Shown piece after piece: positions 26,101-39,706 of a stretch of DNA of 64,000 nucleotides; within the stretch, counting starts at the first letter, position 1; the number at the start of each line of letters is the position of its first letter. The notes under the pieces were generated by a model. The model was given only the letters and a program-made list of their open reading frames with translations. It was not told the DNA's origin and searched no databases. The translations under genes were made by a program, and so were the position numbers. Origin of the DNA: Octopus sinensis (taxonomy: Eukaryota); NCBI RefSeq assembly GCF_006345805.1, contig NC_043000.1:98084001-98148000 (forward strand). Direction: 5' to 3'.

Positions 26101-29100
26101 GAAATGCTTAAAATATATGGCAGATTTGAGTACAGTCTGGTCAGTTGTTTAGTTAATCAAATTGTACAGGATAGTGTTATAGTCAACAAGTGACATAGCA
26201 GCTTTATAGTCAACTGTTATAGGGGTAAAGGAGAATACCTTAAATAGAAGCATTACAGAGGTATCAAATTGCTGGATCAAGTCATGAGAGACTGCAGAAA
26301 GAGCTATAGCCTAATTAGGAAGCGTAATAGGTTGGTTTTTGTTCCAAGGGAAAGTACTACTGATTTTTTCTTTCTAGTTATACAATTGCAGATGTATTTA
26401 GCAAAATGTAAGCTGTAGGCCATTGTACTTGGTATTCATCAACCTGAAGAAGGTCTTCAACAGGGTCCCTCACTCTGTGATCTGTGGTCTCTTAGGAAGC
26501 TAAGAGTAGACAAATGAGTTATGAGAACATACAAGCAATGTACAGAGATGCTGTCAGTGAGGTGAAAGTTAACAATGAGTACAGCAATGAATTTTGAGTG
26601 CAGGTAGAAGTTCACTTGGGTTTGGTTCTCAGTTCCTTCCTATTCATCATTGTCCTCCAGACCTTGGGAACTAATGTATGCTGATGGTTTTGTTCTTATA
26701 GTAGAATTAGAAAAGAAGTTCTATCTTTGAAAACAAAACCAGGTATCAAAGGACCTTAAAGTTAACTTAGCAAAAACAATGTCCTAATTAGGAAAACAGA
26801 CAATATTCTACTCTCTTCCAAAAAATGGCTCTGCTCAATATGTAGGAAAGGCATTGGTAGAAATGATGTATTCAGTGCAATCTATGGACACACCAGAGGT
26901 GCATTGGAATCACAAGAAGGTTAGTGGAGAAAGTAGACTTCATGTTGGCAGATAAACTCTAAAATAAATACATGAAATAGATGTTCTGGAATGCCCAGGA
27001 GGTTCCTTAGAGGTAATAGATAGATTCTGTTATTAGGTGACCAAATTAGCAATGGAGGTGGATATCCTGAAAATATAGCTGCTGCTATACGAGCAGTATA
27101 GAGAAGGTTAAGAGAACTACTAACTCTATTTGTAACAAAATGTCTTTCTCTCAGAGGGAAGAGCAGACTGTATGACGCCTGTATATAATTAGCAATGTTA
27201 TAAGGTAGTGAGACACAGGCCCTGAATGCTAAAGACATGCAATGACTACAAAGAAATGAAGCTAATATGCTCCATTGAATACGCAACATCAGTGTGCATG
27301 TATGAGATACACTACATTCACCTCTATCCCTAACCCTAACCAACTGTCATTTTTCTTTCACACTCTAATGATTTCACCCTTGTTGATTCTTTGTATTCTC
27401 TCTTATACTCACTTTCTTGTCTCTTAAGAGCATGCTTTGATACCTCACCACTACTATCAATGTCTTCTTTTCAACTGTTCCTACACATCCTTATATAACT
27501 CAGAGTATCTTCTCTATAGCAAGAAACCAGTGCTTGCACCTCTGTCATACATTAGTCTCTCAATGCCTGGCATAAAGCTTCCTCCCTTTCTCCTTCAACT
27601 TTTCTCAGTTAAGGCAGGGTTTTTGTCTTGTGGGTTACTTGGTAACATTGTTAGTGCTAGTGTCTTGAAATAAAGCACCTAGTACACTCTGTTAAATGGT
27701 TGACATTAGGAAGAGCATCCAGCTGTAGAAACCATGCCAAAACAGATATTGGAGTTCAATACAGTTCTCTGGTTCATTGGATCCTGTCAAACTTGCCAAC
27801 CCATGCTAGCATGGAAGATGGACATTAAATGATAATAATGGTGATGGTGGAGGCAGTAACACCACCACTAGTGGTGGTGGTGGCATCATCATCATCTCCT
27901 CTTGTTATTCTGCAGATTCATCAATGTTTGTTTATGTAGAAATATTGTGTTTCCATAAAGCCATAATATGTATTTGCATATTCCATGATCCCAGAATATT
28001 TAATGGAATGTAAGTGTTTCATGTAGAATCCTAATGTTTTTACATGAGTCTGGTATTTCCGTCAGCTCTTTAAATCAATGAAGTTACTGTTGAAAAATGT
28101 CATAATGTGAATTAAATGACTGGAATGATATGCTTCTTATTACCTTCTCCAAGATCATATAGCAACATTATTAGCTTTAAGCTTTCAATCAGACAGATGT
28201 GTTTGCTGCTAACACTTGTAAAACATAATTTTCGTTGGAGCCTTTTTGTGTTCACTTGACCCGCTAGAAACAGCAACCAAATCTCTCTCTCTCTCATGCA
28301 CATGTTCACACATTACACTGTGGTGTTTTAAAATAGGAAGGACATATTGGATAATGTTATCTTATTATATGCACTGTGTCTGGAGGAAAGAAAGTATTGA
28401 TTGCAAATGGAATTTTTTTTATTGTAGGTCTGCTTGATCAGAGCTAACCTTAGAGCTAAGAAATAACAAAAACAAACTTTCCTGTGCAAACAAGGAAACG
28501 TTTATACTGTCATTTGATGGCCACCAAGAAATACCAGCTAAATCTCCCTCAAGTCACACTCCTGTTGTCTTCATGAAAGTAAAGTCACATTCGATCAGGT
28601 AGTCCTAGATACATTTAAGAAGATTGATCAGGGTTGACCTGGGGCTAAACAATATCCTCAACTTTTCTTTGCGTCATGTTTACAATATGTCGAAGTGGTG
28701 GAATTTGAATATCAAATGGCTTGGCAAATATACCTGTACAACACAGATTGATTGTGTCTATCAAGAATTAATTGCATGTGATTATTAGAAGCCATTTTTG
28801 TTTCAAAGCAGAATTAGTTTTGTTTACACTCACCTTTAGCATCTAGATGTAAATATTGAAAAACAATTTTTTTTTTATCACAAAAGATGAGGTTAATTAA
28901 TAGTCTGAAAAATTGCAATTTATTGCAACCTGATTAAATAAAATGCTATTTTTCTCTTGGTTTAGAGACGTGTGTGTGTGTGTGAGGGTGGGTGGTGGGC
29001 TTTCAGCAAAATTTGAACCAGTGAATTTTGGTATCATTTAAAAGTATTTTGGGTTTGAGTAACTTGTAAAAACATTGTTTTGTGATAATGTGTGTGTGTA

Positions 29101-31315
29101 TATACATGTATCTATGTATGTACCTTTCTGTGTAAATGTGTTACTTATATATCTGTACATTTATGTATGTATATTTACTCATTCATGTACATTCAACCAC
29201 GTATGTTCACTCACACATACCCATTCATGCATGCAAACATGCACACACACATTAACTCACATTCAGTCTCTCTCATTCTTTCTTCTCTTTCTCTCATACT
29301 CTGTCACTTACACAGACACAGTCATGTTTTCACATGCACTCATACATCCATTCACTCTCACTTAAAAACATATATTCACACATGTACAGACTTTCACATG
29401 AACACAGATTTAATACACTATTTTTCTCTTTGTTCCACAATATTTCATGATCTGTATATACATACATGCATGCACTCATGCACACTTACATACATATATA
29501 TGTGTGTGTATATATATATATAGTGTTATTTTGTGTCATATTCATACCTTATCATGGAGCAATAGACAACTATATTAAATAATAAATACATTTTATATTG
29601 TACTGAGCTATTGTATTTAACACATTTATCTCATAACATAAAAACAAGGATGTATTTCATAATATATTTATGTTGTATCACATGCTCAGACAGATATATT
29701 TACTAATACATTTATTTCATGTAATATACATCTTTCATGATGCATTTATTTGATATTTTACATATAAATAGATCTCTTTTATAATCTGGGATTTTGTTCT
29801 GGCTTTATATTATATTGTGTACAAAAGTGTATATTTCATTATATATTTATAGTATAGTGTCAATATGACAAAAAAATTGACGTAGAAGTGATGATGTTGA
29901 TAATTATGATGACAATGAAAAGAGAAATGATAGGAGATCATGATGATGATGGTGGTGGTGGTGGTGGTGGTGGTGGTGATGATGTTGATAGTCATGGTAA
30001 TCATTTCTCAACCACATTGTGTTGTAGTGATGGTGATGTGATAACAATTGTACATTGGATTACTTTATACCCTAAATAGAGTTATGTATAATTTTACATA
30101 ATCTTAGCTATTCTATAATTGTCTTATCTTGCTATGTTAATTACTCACAGAATTATGTGAAATTACAAAGTCCTGTGCTCCTATGTCCTAGCCACTTCAT
30201 TCATTTATTCATTCAAAGTCCACTTTTCCATGATAGTATGGGTTGGATTGGGATGTATTTGAGGCAGGATTTGATTACTGGATGCTTTTCCTGTCACAAA
30301 CCCTAATCTGTTTACCAAGTATAACAAAAATTAATGGAATAAATTTGTTAGTCGACAACTTCTGAAGTATGAAATGCCTATGCAGCAGACAGCCTTCCTT
30401 GAATTCAAATCTGGAATGTTTTGACATTAGTTTTTGATAAGTGGTGATAGGCAAAAAGAAATGTTTAATTTTCATGCTTAAAGGGCTCATGAAACATTCT
30501 AGAACCTTTCGGTGGGCTTATAAAAACCCTGGAGATCAGTTCTTGATTGGAATTTTACTTATTGTGGCTGGATGCTACATGTCTTTAGACCAACATTTAA
30601 GATAATTTTCGTCCTCCAAATTTCTTTTGGGATTATTCCTGTTGCACCAGAGACTGCATACTAAATGAAGTGTTTCAGCTTTCATGTTTTGACAATTTCA
30701 TTATTTCTTAGTTCGTACTCATAACATGAATATAACAAATTGTACATTATGTATGTTAAAAATGCTTATTAATGAAGATAATGCTCTCGCTTATTAATTA
30801 TTCAATGTTGAACATAAAATGATTACAAATCTATGACAGGATGTTAATTACTTGAAATTAAGGATTACAATAGATTTCAGACATCAGAAGTTACTGTAAT
30901 CAGTCATGTCATCAATAATTCTGGAGTAGCTTTAGACAAATTCATTATGCAGTTTTGAAAGATATTGTAGACACATAAAAATGATGAATTGTATTTATTT
31001 TGATGAAGTCTGGGTGATACAGCAGCTGGTTTCTATGACAAAAATAAAACGACCTGAAAATGGCATTTGATACTCTTCATGAGCAAAGCATTTCATAGCA
31101 CCTACAATTACTAGAAGCAAAAATATTCTGAGAGAACAAATAAAATCATATTTGTTGAAACAACACCTTTGGCAACTTGTTAGTAACTTCATCAGTATTC
31201 TTTGAAAAATATCAAAACACTGCATAAAATTTATATATTTAAATCCACAATGCAAAGTTCAAAAACATGATGCTTGATTCATGCAAATATGCACACTTGT
31301 GCACACAAATATAAA

Positions 31316-31352
<37 letters not shown>

Positions 31353-34300
31353 GAACACAAAAAAAAGAATAAAACCCTGATTCATCAGAATAAGTGTAGA
31401 TAAATTTGCCAAATTTTTATTTTATTTTTTTTTTTACCAAAAACATGTTTACAATTACATCTGTAAAATATAATGGAAAGCTCTCTTCAAGGCATTTTGT
31501 ATGTTAACTCCTTTCTCTATGTCTACTTTCACAGGAATTTCCTACCAGCAGGTGGTTCGGCTGAGATGGCTAAGTGGCATGATTACAACACTCCTTTGTT
31601 ATCAAATCCTGAATTACTATGGGCTTACATCGCATTACCTCCCTTGGCTGCCAGCTGGCATTGCAGCACATGTTGCTTTTGGAGTTTTTCTCAGTAGCAT
31701 TCGATTCAAGGTAAGCACCCTACCTACTTACCTACCTGTCTACTTATACCAGTGCATTATAGGAGAATGCAGTTAATTATCCTACATTCATGCATGTGTG
31801 TATGCATACATGTATACACACACACATACTCACTTATAATCATTTTACATATATGTATGTATGCATGATTATGTATATATATATATATATATGTTTTTTA
31901 TGGTGCACATGTGGATATATATTTTTATATATACTCATATTCATGTATGCATATTATTCTGAACACATTCTTATTTCCTCAATGAGGCTTCATTGTTAAT
32001 GCCAATACAATTGTTCATTAAGATAGATAGAAAGTGGGGGTACAATGAAAAGATTTGGTGCCTAACACAGCAGTCTTGTATAAGGATTTAATGCTAGTAA
32101 ATTCTTCATACTGAACATTACTTGGCGAAATTCTTATAAATATTCATAACCTTTTTATTTATTGATTCCAAGTAATCGAAAATAAAAACTACATTGGAAC
32201 AGGATGATAAGAAAGCTGAAACTCTCTTATCTTACCTAACAGGATTAGAACACCCTTGTTTCTGTCACTAGTGGTAACTTGTCTTACATTTTAGCATCAC
32301 AAGTGCTACACAGGACATATTTCGCTGGTGTCTATGCATCATATATGAAGTATATTCCCAATTTTTTAAACCACTAGAGTGAAAAGAAAGTTTTCTATTA
32401 CTCAAAACATATAAAACAAAGGTTAACTAAAAGTCTGAAAACAAGCATGGGCATTTAGGACAAACTTATAAAAATGCTTTGTATAGGCAAAGGGTTAATA
32501 AACAAGTGTGAGCCAAAAAGGTAACCACTATGTGTTTTGCAACCAAATCTTTCTCAAATCACGCCCTGCTTTCATAAGAGAATGTGTTCCTAATTGCACT
32601 AACCCTGAATGACAGATGGGATAGAAATGGCTGGAATACCTTTTGCTAAATCAAAGCTGATATGGGGTTAATGTTCTGGCCATTGAGGTCTGCTTTGACC
32701 ACTGATACTGTGACCATGACCAGAATCTATAGGGATACAGTTATAAACTTGACAGTGACATGCCATGTGATTATTGGGATAGTACTGTATGGTTCTCTCA
32801 TAGGAATAGGCATGATGTAATTGGGAAAATATATCTAGATGTATACTGTAACTCTGCTCCATTGGAGCTAACATTGGGCTTCAGGATAACCATAATAATA
32901 GTCTAAGTTTTAAGTGAGAGACAGAGACGATAGAACTGAAAGAGGGAAAGCAGATGAGTTGAGAGAAAAACCTTTCTTGGAGAAAAGATCAAGCAGATTA
33001 AGAACAGTAAAGAATAATTACATTGACATTTCATTAGTTTACAGTGCTACATTCAAACTCTTTGGTGATATATAGACTTCTCTTATAGACTACACAAAGT
33101 CTTCAGTGGTGACCCTCAACAACACAATGTGTCCTGAGACCATGGAATTTTACTTAATGCTAAATGTCTGTTCAATCATTTAGTTTTTCTGATTTTGCTA
33201 TTGTAATTATTGTTGCTGTCATTGTTCACACTTGCATTAACATTTCTGTTATATTTATTATTAATATTGTAAAAATATTATTGTTATATTTGGGGGTGGT
33301 CATATTTTTTTTCCCAATTAACCATGTGCACTATAGTGCATGTGGTTAATTGGCAAAAAATATGACCATTCCCAAATATAACAATATCTGTATCAACACA
33401 CAATTTCACATTCAGGAATCTTGCAAAACAAATACATAAACATTTTAAAAATATTATTTTATTTATTGATCACTGTTTTTCTTCTTATTATATTTTGTTT
33501 TGTTTTCTCTTATAGAATTTCTCCCTAGCTGGCTTTGCAGGTCTTTCACTGCTTCACAGTTTCTGGATATCCAGAGTCCCCTGGTCAATTAAGTATCCTT
33601 TAACCTAATCCAACTCTCTTTGTGTGTGTGTGTGTGGATTTTGTTAGTGGCGTGATAATATGGAATGGTTGAAACTATATGTAGCAGGTTTTTATATATA
33701 TATTGAATCACAGTTTTGCAAGATACACAGCCTATCAACTATAGTTTTTCTGCTGAAAGATAAATTCCTGGAACAGAGAAGTTTGCTGTTTGATTTCCTT
33801 CCTAATGGAAATCACAGGGAATATCAACTAAAATTTGTAATATAACCATGATACTGGCAAGATTTCAAGATTTCTGCTGTACCAGTCTCTAAGTTATTGG
33901 GATGCCTTACCGCTTGTGTTTATGATATTAGAAATTATAAGCAGCAATTTGACATAAAAGAGCAACAATTATTATTTTCTGTCCCAAACTGGTACTTACT
34001 CTGTTGAATAACATTTGCATTAATATTTTGAGAATTCAATCTCAAGCTTAGTTTTGAAATCAATTGACTCAGGTGGAAGAGTGCATACCATCAACAAAAT
34101 AGGGGGGGGGGTTGAGGGTGGGGTGGGGTGGGGTTCTTGAGAACCCCAAAAAAAATTTGGACTTATCACTATAAAGCTGTTGAAACAGTTTGGAAATAGT
34201 TACTTTTTCTGCATATTACAAAAGCAAATGTATTTTCTTGTAGTAACTAGGAAGACCAAGTTAATGTTAAACCTCTGCTCCTTTGCTGCAAGATATAAAC

Positions 34301-37300
34301 TACACACTCAGCTTAAATGTATACATATGTGATTAATCTTAAAAAAGAAAGCTTTTCTTCATATATAATGTGTGTGTGTGTGTGCATGTCCACACTCATT
34401 TGGATGTATAAATGAGAAAAAAGAGTGCTCAGTGTATGTTGTATGTTGTAGAATTTATTTCTGCGAAGTTCATGTTTCACTTTATTTCTCTCACTTTGTG
34501 TATTTGTTCAGGTGACAGGAAAATGAACTAAATAAATTGTGTGTGTAAATGTGTACATCAATCTCTCTCTCTCTCTCATTATGTTTCCATTGGTGTTGAC
34601 AGTCTCATTAAATGTTATCATCCTTTACCAGTGATATATTATTTATTGCTGACAACATCCCTATTAGTATGCTCTATGGTACAATCTGGATTAATGCCCT
34701 TCTCTGTCTCACCTGTGCCTACCTGGCTTCCCATGGAGAAAAGAATTCTTTCAGTTTTTTTATCGTCTTACAAACTGCAGGTAAGCAGGTGTTGTTGTTC
34801 CCGTTACTGCTCTTTCTTTTCTGTTCTTGATGTTGTTAATGATTAGCCTTGGGTCGCCTCTAAGTGAACAGACATATGATCAAAGTCTTTTGAACCATAA
34901 CCTTTTCATCTTTTTTCTTTTTGTTCAAGTAGCATACAACTTTACTATTTTATCCAGTGTGTCCTTCCCTCTTTACAACAGTAACTGCAATTTCTAGCAG
35001 GTCATGCAACTCTGTAGTGACTTTTTCTTGGATTTGTGTTCTTGTTGATGGTGCTGTTGGTAAGACAATGGAGGGCTAGAAATAGAAAGTAGTGTTGTCA
35101 TTTGAACTGTCATTTTCAAATGAAGAACAAAACCCAAAGCACCAGATTCCCCACTTCTTACCACAGAATTTATCAAAATCTATAAACTCATATTGACTAA
35201 TTGTTGCTGATGACACAGATTTCCATTAGTTTTCTTGGATTCTCAGTTTTACCTAGTAATATATAGTTCGATAACTGACAGTGTGGAAGCTTTTATTCAT
35301 GGAAGTTTAGTCAGGACTGACTAACTACATATCCCATGTCTTTAAATTGTGAGACAACATATAACAAGGGTTTTGACATTGATGCTTACAATCTGGTCAT
35401 TGCATCTGCTATCTCTCACTTGTTTCCGTCAATGGACTGTGGCCAAGACTTTGCCTTTCATCTTTTTGGGGTCAATAAAATAAGTACCAGTTGAATACTG
35501 GAATCGATGTAATCAACTCATTCCCTCTTCCAAAATTGCTGCCTTTGTGGTAAAATTTGAAACCATTATTGTTGTCATTATTATTATAAGCTAGTGTTTA
35601 CGGAAGTGGAATTTCAACTTTAAATTCAAAGAGTTGGCATACCTACCATAAGCCATCTCATCCCACACTTTTCCAGTTCTACCAGTCTACTACTTTGAGC
35701 TGGTACTTTATTGATTGATTCCAAAAGAGATGATAAGCATGTAGATATCAAAGGAATTTGAAATCATACCAAAGAGACCAAAAACAAATACTACAAGGCA
35801 TTCTATTTGATGCTCTAGCAACTCCATCAGTTCGTTGCCTAAAGGAAATAATATATTATTTTATATTACTCAGTCTGTTCAAATTCTCTCGTATTCTCAA
35901 AATTTATTGAAACACATAAACAGCAGTTATGATAAATAGTTATGAAAGAGTTAAAATCTTAAGATTTTTAATTTAAATACTATTAAGACATTATAAGCAC
36001 CAGTTTATGGCATAAAAGAGTATAGACCTACTGATGTGACTCAAATCACAACTCTATCTCTTGCCAAATGATCATGTTACTAAGTTACACTACAGAGGGC
36101 TTGGTAGCTTAATTATGGTAATGTTACTATTACCTGAAAAGCTACAGATACATGGTTCAAACCTGTTAATCTTTTCTGCTACAAATTGATGTTTATGTCT
36201 AATATATATATAAAGTTACAGTGTGATTTTGGAGCATTGGCAATTATTAAACATTGGTAAGTATCAATGCACAATAATCTCAGCCCGTAAGTTACTTCGT
36301 AATTTTTGAACTTCTGCCAATTAATAAATAACCCATGCTAGCATGGAAAGCAGGTGTTAAATGATGATATATATACATATGTATGTATGTATATATATAT
36401 TTAATGATTAGCCAACTCAGATCGACTTTATTCATTACTTAGTATTTTGTGGGCACAGAATATGTCTACATCATCAGATGTGGACATGTTCTGCACTCAT
36501 GACACTTTAAGTAATGTGAATCTGAGTCAATCTGTTATTAAATGCATACAACTCCGACTAAAATATTTTGAAGGCTACTTTCTATCATTTGTTCACAAAC
36601 TCTCTCTCACACACATGCACGGATTATCAGACTGACCATTTGATTAATTATTTCTTTTCAGTTTTTACATCATCTGAGATACTGTTGTTCCATGCCAAGT
36701 TTTATTCTTCGTCCATCGTACTGTTTTCAGGATTGATTGCACTATATTTATTATACAGGTAAACTTCACCAGTCATTTACACTAAAGTCTTTTTTTTGTT
36801 GTCCTTTAAATTTATCACCTCTTCTCTCATTCCCTGTAAATTTTTTTTCTTTTACTTCTTTCTGTAACCCTCTCCTTGTCCCACTTTGTGCTTGGAAGCA
36901 ACATATCTAATTTAAGCATGTGGCTGACTGTATTTGCCATGGATAGGGCCCAGTTAGGCTGAAATGAATCTAGCTTTCCAAACTACTGCTGAAATGCTGA
37001 AAGGATTTTTGTTTGTTTGTAATATATATGGTGCTTTTAAACACAGCAAGTCAATAAAAGATGTTATCTCATAGTATATTGCCTTTCGATGATGTATTTA
37101 CATTAAATGTGATACATAGATGGCTATTATAATTTGATTCTGCTTTGATTGCACATAACAAGTTTAAGAAAACAAAGCGCCAGTCTATTAGCAAAATTGT
37201 TGAAGTGATAGAAAAAAATGCATTGCATTTGTTTAAGGTCCTTTACATTCAGAGTACACCAGTGACAACACTTCTGACAAGCTGTATCAACTCTTGTTAT

Positions 37301-39653
37301 TCTTTATAACAATGTTGATGGTATGGAAAGAAGAGACTTAGTACATGGGTAATTGCTGGTTTTCTATAAAAAGCAAAACAAAATAAAACTTGTCCTCTAC
37401 TCCAGAGAGGAACTTCTCCTGTGCTATAAAAAACAAAACAAAAACAAAACCTGTCCTCTACTCCAGAGAGGAACTTCTGTGCAGTCAACCCTCTCTGACA
37501 GTGGTCTTAAATGTAAATGTAGAAATACACACATATTTATAATCACAGTTAATCTTCCAATTAAACCAAGGAAATTATATTTTCATTGGTTTTTCAAATT
37601 ACTGATTGTTTGTCAGTTGCATTTTGTGGCTGAAGTGTCATTAATACTTTAGTGATGAGGCAAGTTTTGAACTCAGAATACATAAATCTGCAACAGGTAC
37701 TGATGCTGAAAGAGTTCTGCCAGTCCACTATCCTTGGCAATTTAATTTTTTTTTTTTTACCCTAAAAGGTTGGAAAGAAAAGCTGCTCTCAGTGGGGTTT
37801 GAAGTCTGAGTGCAGAAACTCAGAGTAAATTCCATTAAGCATTCTATCTGACACTCTAATGACTGCACCAATTTGACATTGCTTCCCAACTGCATGCATG
37901 GTTTTGGGTTCAGCTCGACTGTGTGGGTCCTTGGACAAGTGTCTACTAGTATAGCCTAGAGCTGACCAAAGCTTTGGGAGTGGATTTGATTGATGGAAAC
38001 TGAAAGAAGCCCATCCTGTACATATATATATATATATATGTATGTATATGTGTGTGTGTGTTACATATGACATTGCATGATAGTTGTGAGTGTCACTCAT
38101 GCAAGCAGTATCTTTTGTTTTCAGTCTTCTTTGAAAACATGGTCATGGGGTAAATATTACCTTACTTGGAAACAGGTGAGGGTTGGTGACAGGAAGGACA
38201 TCCAGCTGTAAAATATCTGCTTTGACAAATTCCGTCCAACCCATGAAAGTATAAGAAAGTGGAAGTTAAGACACTGCCACTGCCGCCAATGATACACCCA
38301 TATTTGTATTTATTTCTGTCTTTTCCATTTAGATTGACAGTAGTAGAGAAATTACAACCCTATGTATCCCTGATTTGTACATCAGTCCATCTAACCAAAG
38401 TAACCAGCCTCTTACTTTCAATGCTTCCTTATACCAAAATCAACAGCATGGCAAAAGTGTTTTATTTGTTCCTCATGATATTACAAATGCTGAAAACATT
38501 TGTGATGGACTCCAAACTAAAGCTGTCTGCTAAACAGGTAACATTCTTTTCAGTTACATCTCTGATGCCCTGATACTGTTGTTTCTGTTTTTTCTTTACT
38601 TTGTTTTTTCTTACGTGTTACCTCTTTGGACTTTGCTTGGTAAAATTTGCTCAAGCATGGCTACAGTCAACTGGCTGTAAACCAGTATATGAATAACAAA
38701 GAAGGAGCTATTTTCTTAGTAAGAAAATAGTTCCCACATTGAAATTTAGACATCAACTCTTTGATTAATTTTAAAGCAGTAATGGTGAAATTTGAAGGAT
38801 ATTTGGCTGTTTTTTTATCACAATTCCAACAACCATGTAGATGTTTTCTCATTGGTTTACATAATTTCAGATTGGAGCCTAATTAATTAAAATCCGTTGT
38901 TTTCAAACTAAAGGTAATAATGTTCTTATCCTCTAGATAACTGCATTACATCTAAAAACTGACAAGCATATTAAACAGTTGTTTCTCATTTCCTTTTAAA
39001 ACATTCTGCACAAGTCGTCTTATCCAGTGTCTACAGAATTTATAAAACTTTCTGTCACCTATTCATTTATGATAGGGTAAACATATCCACAAATTTGCAG
39101 GTGGTACTGTCAAATATTTCAACCTCCTTTCACACTGCACTGATATTTAATTTATTGACTTCAGAAGGATGAAAGACAAAATTTAACTTTTTACACAAAG
39201 ATTTTTATCTACACATCTACTGATTCTGAGGCTACCTCAGTTGCCTAGTCTAATCAATGATATTTATGATTTCCATTGCCAGGTCACTTTGCATATTGTT
39301 GGTGTAAGTTTGACATGTGCCTTAAATGTAGAACCTCTACTATCAATGTTGTGTTATTACTTCATGGACAGTCAACCATCTTTGTCTGACATTACAGGTA
39401 AGTTAAACTCTTGTGGAAACTTTTTACTTCAAGTTTTGAATTTTTTCTGTAATTATACTTCTTGTTTCTAATTTTCACCCTTGAAAGATTTGTTTGCATT
39501 CTGTTGAAAAACTAATTTCCACTTCATTCATTGAAAATATTTTTGATGAATCCCACAATTCAAGTTATTAGAGCATCACTTAAGATGTCTTCCTATGGTG
39601 TATGATGTGTAAAACAATCTAATATAGTCTATCCCTCTCCAGATTATATAACT

Positions 39654-39706
<53 letters not shown>

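Noticed and set aside
27328-27341. Telomere-like (CCCTAA)2, also (TTAGGG)2 at about 47325
   Set aside because: Only two units, which is expected by chance or inside repeats.
33164-33349. Hydrophobic 61-aa ORF between exons C and D
   Set aside because: AT-rich low-complexity sequence. Its acceptor is phase 2, whereas a phase 0-0 exon would be needed.
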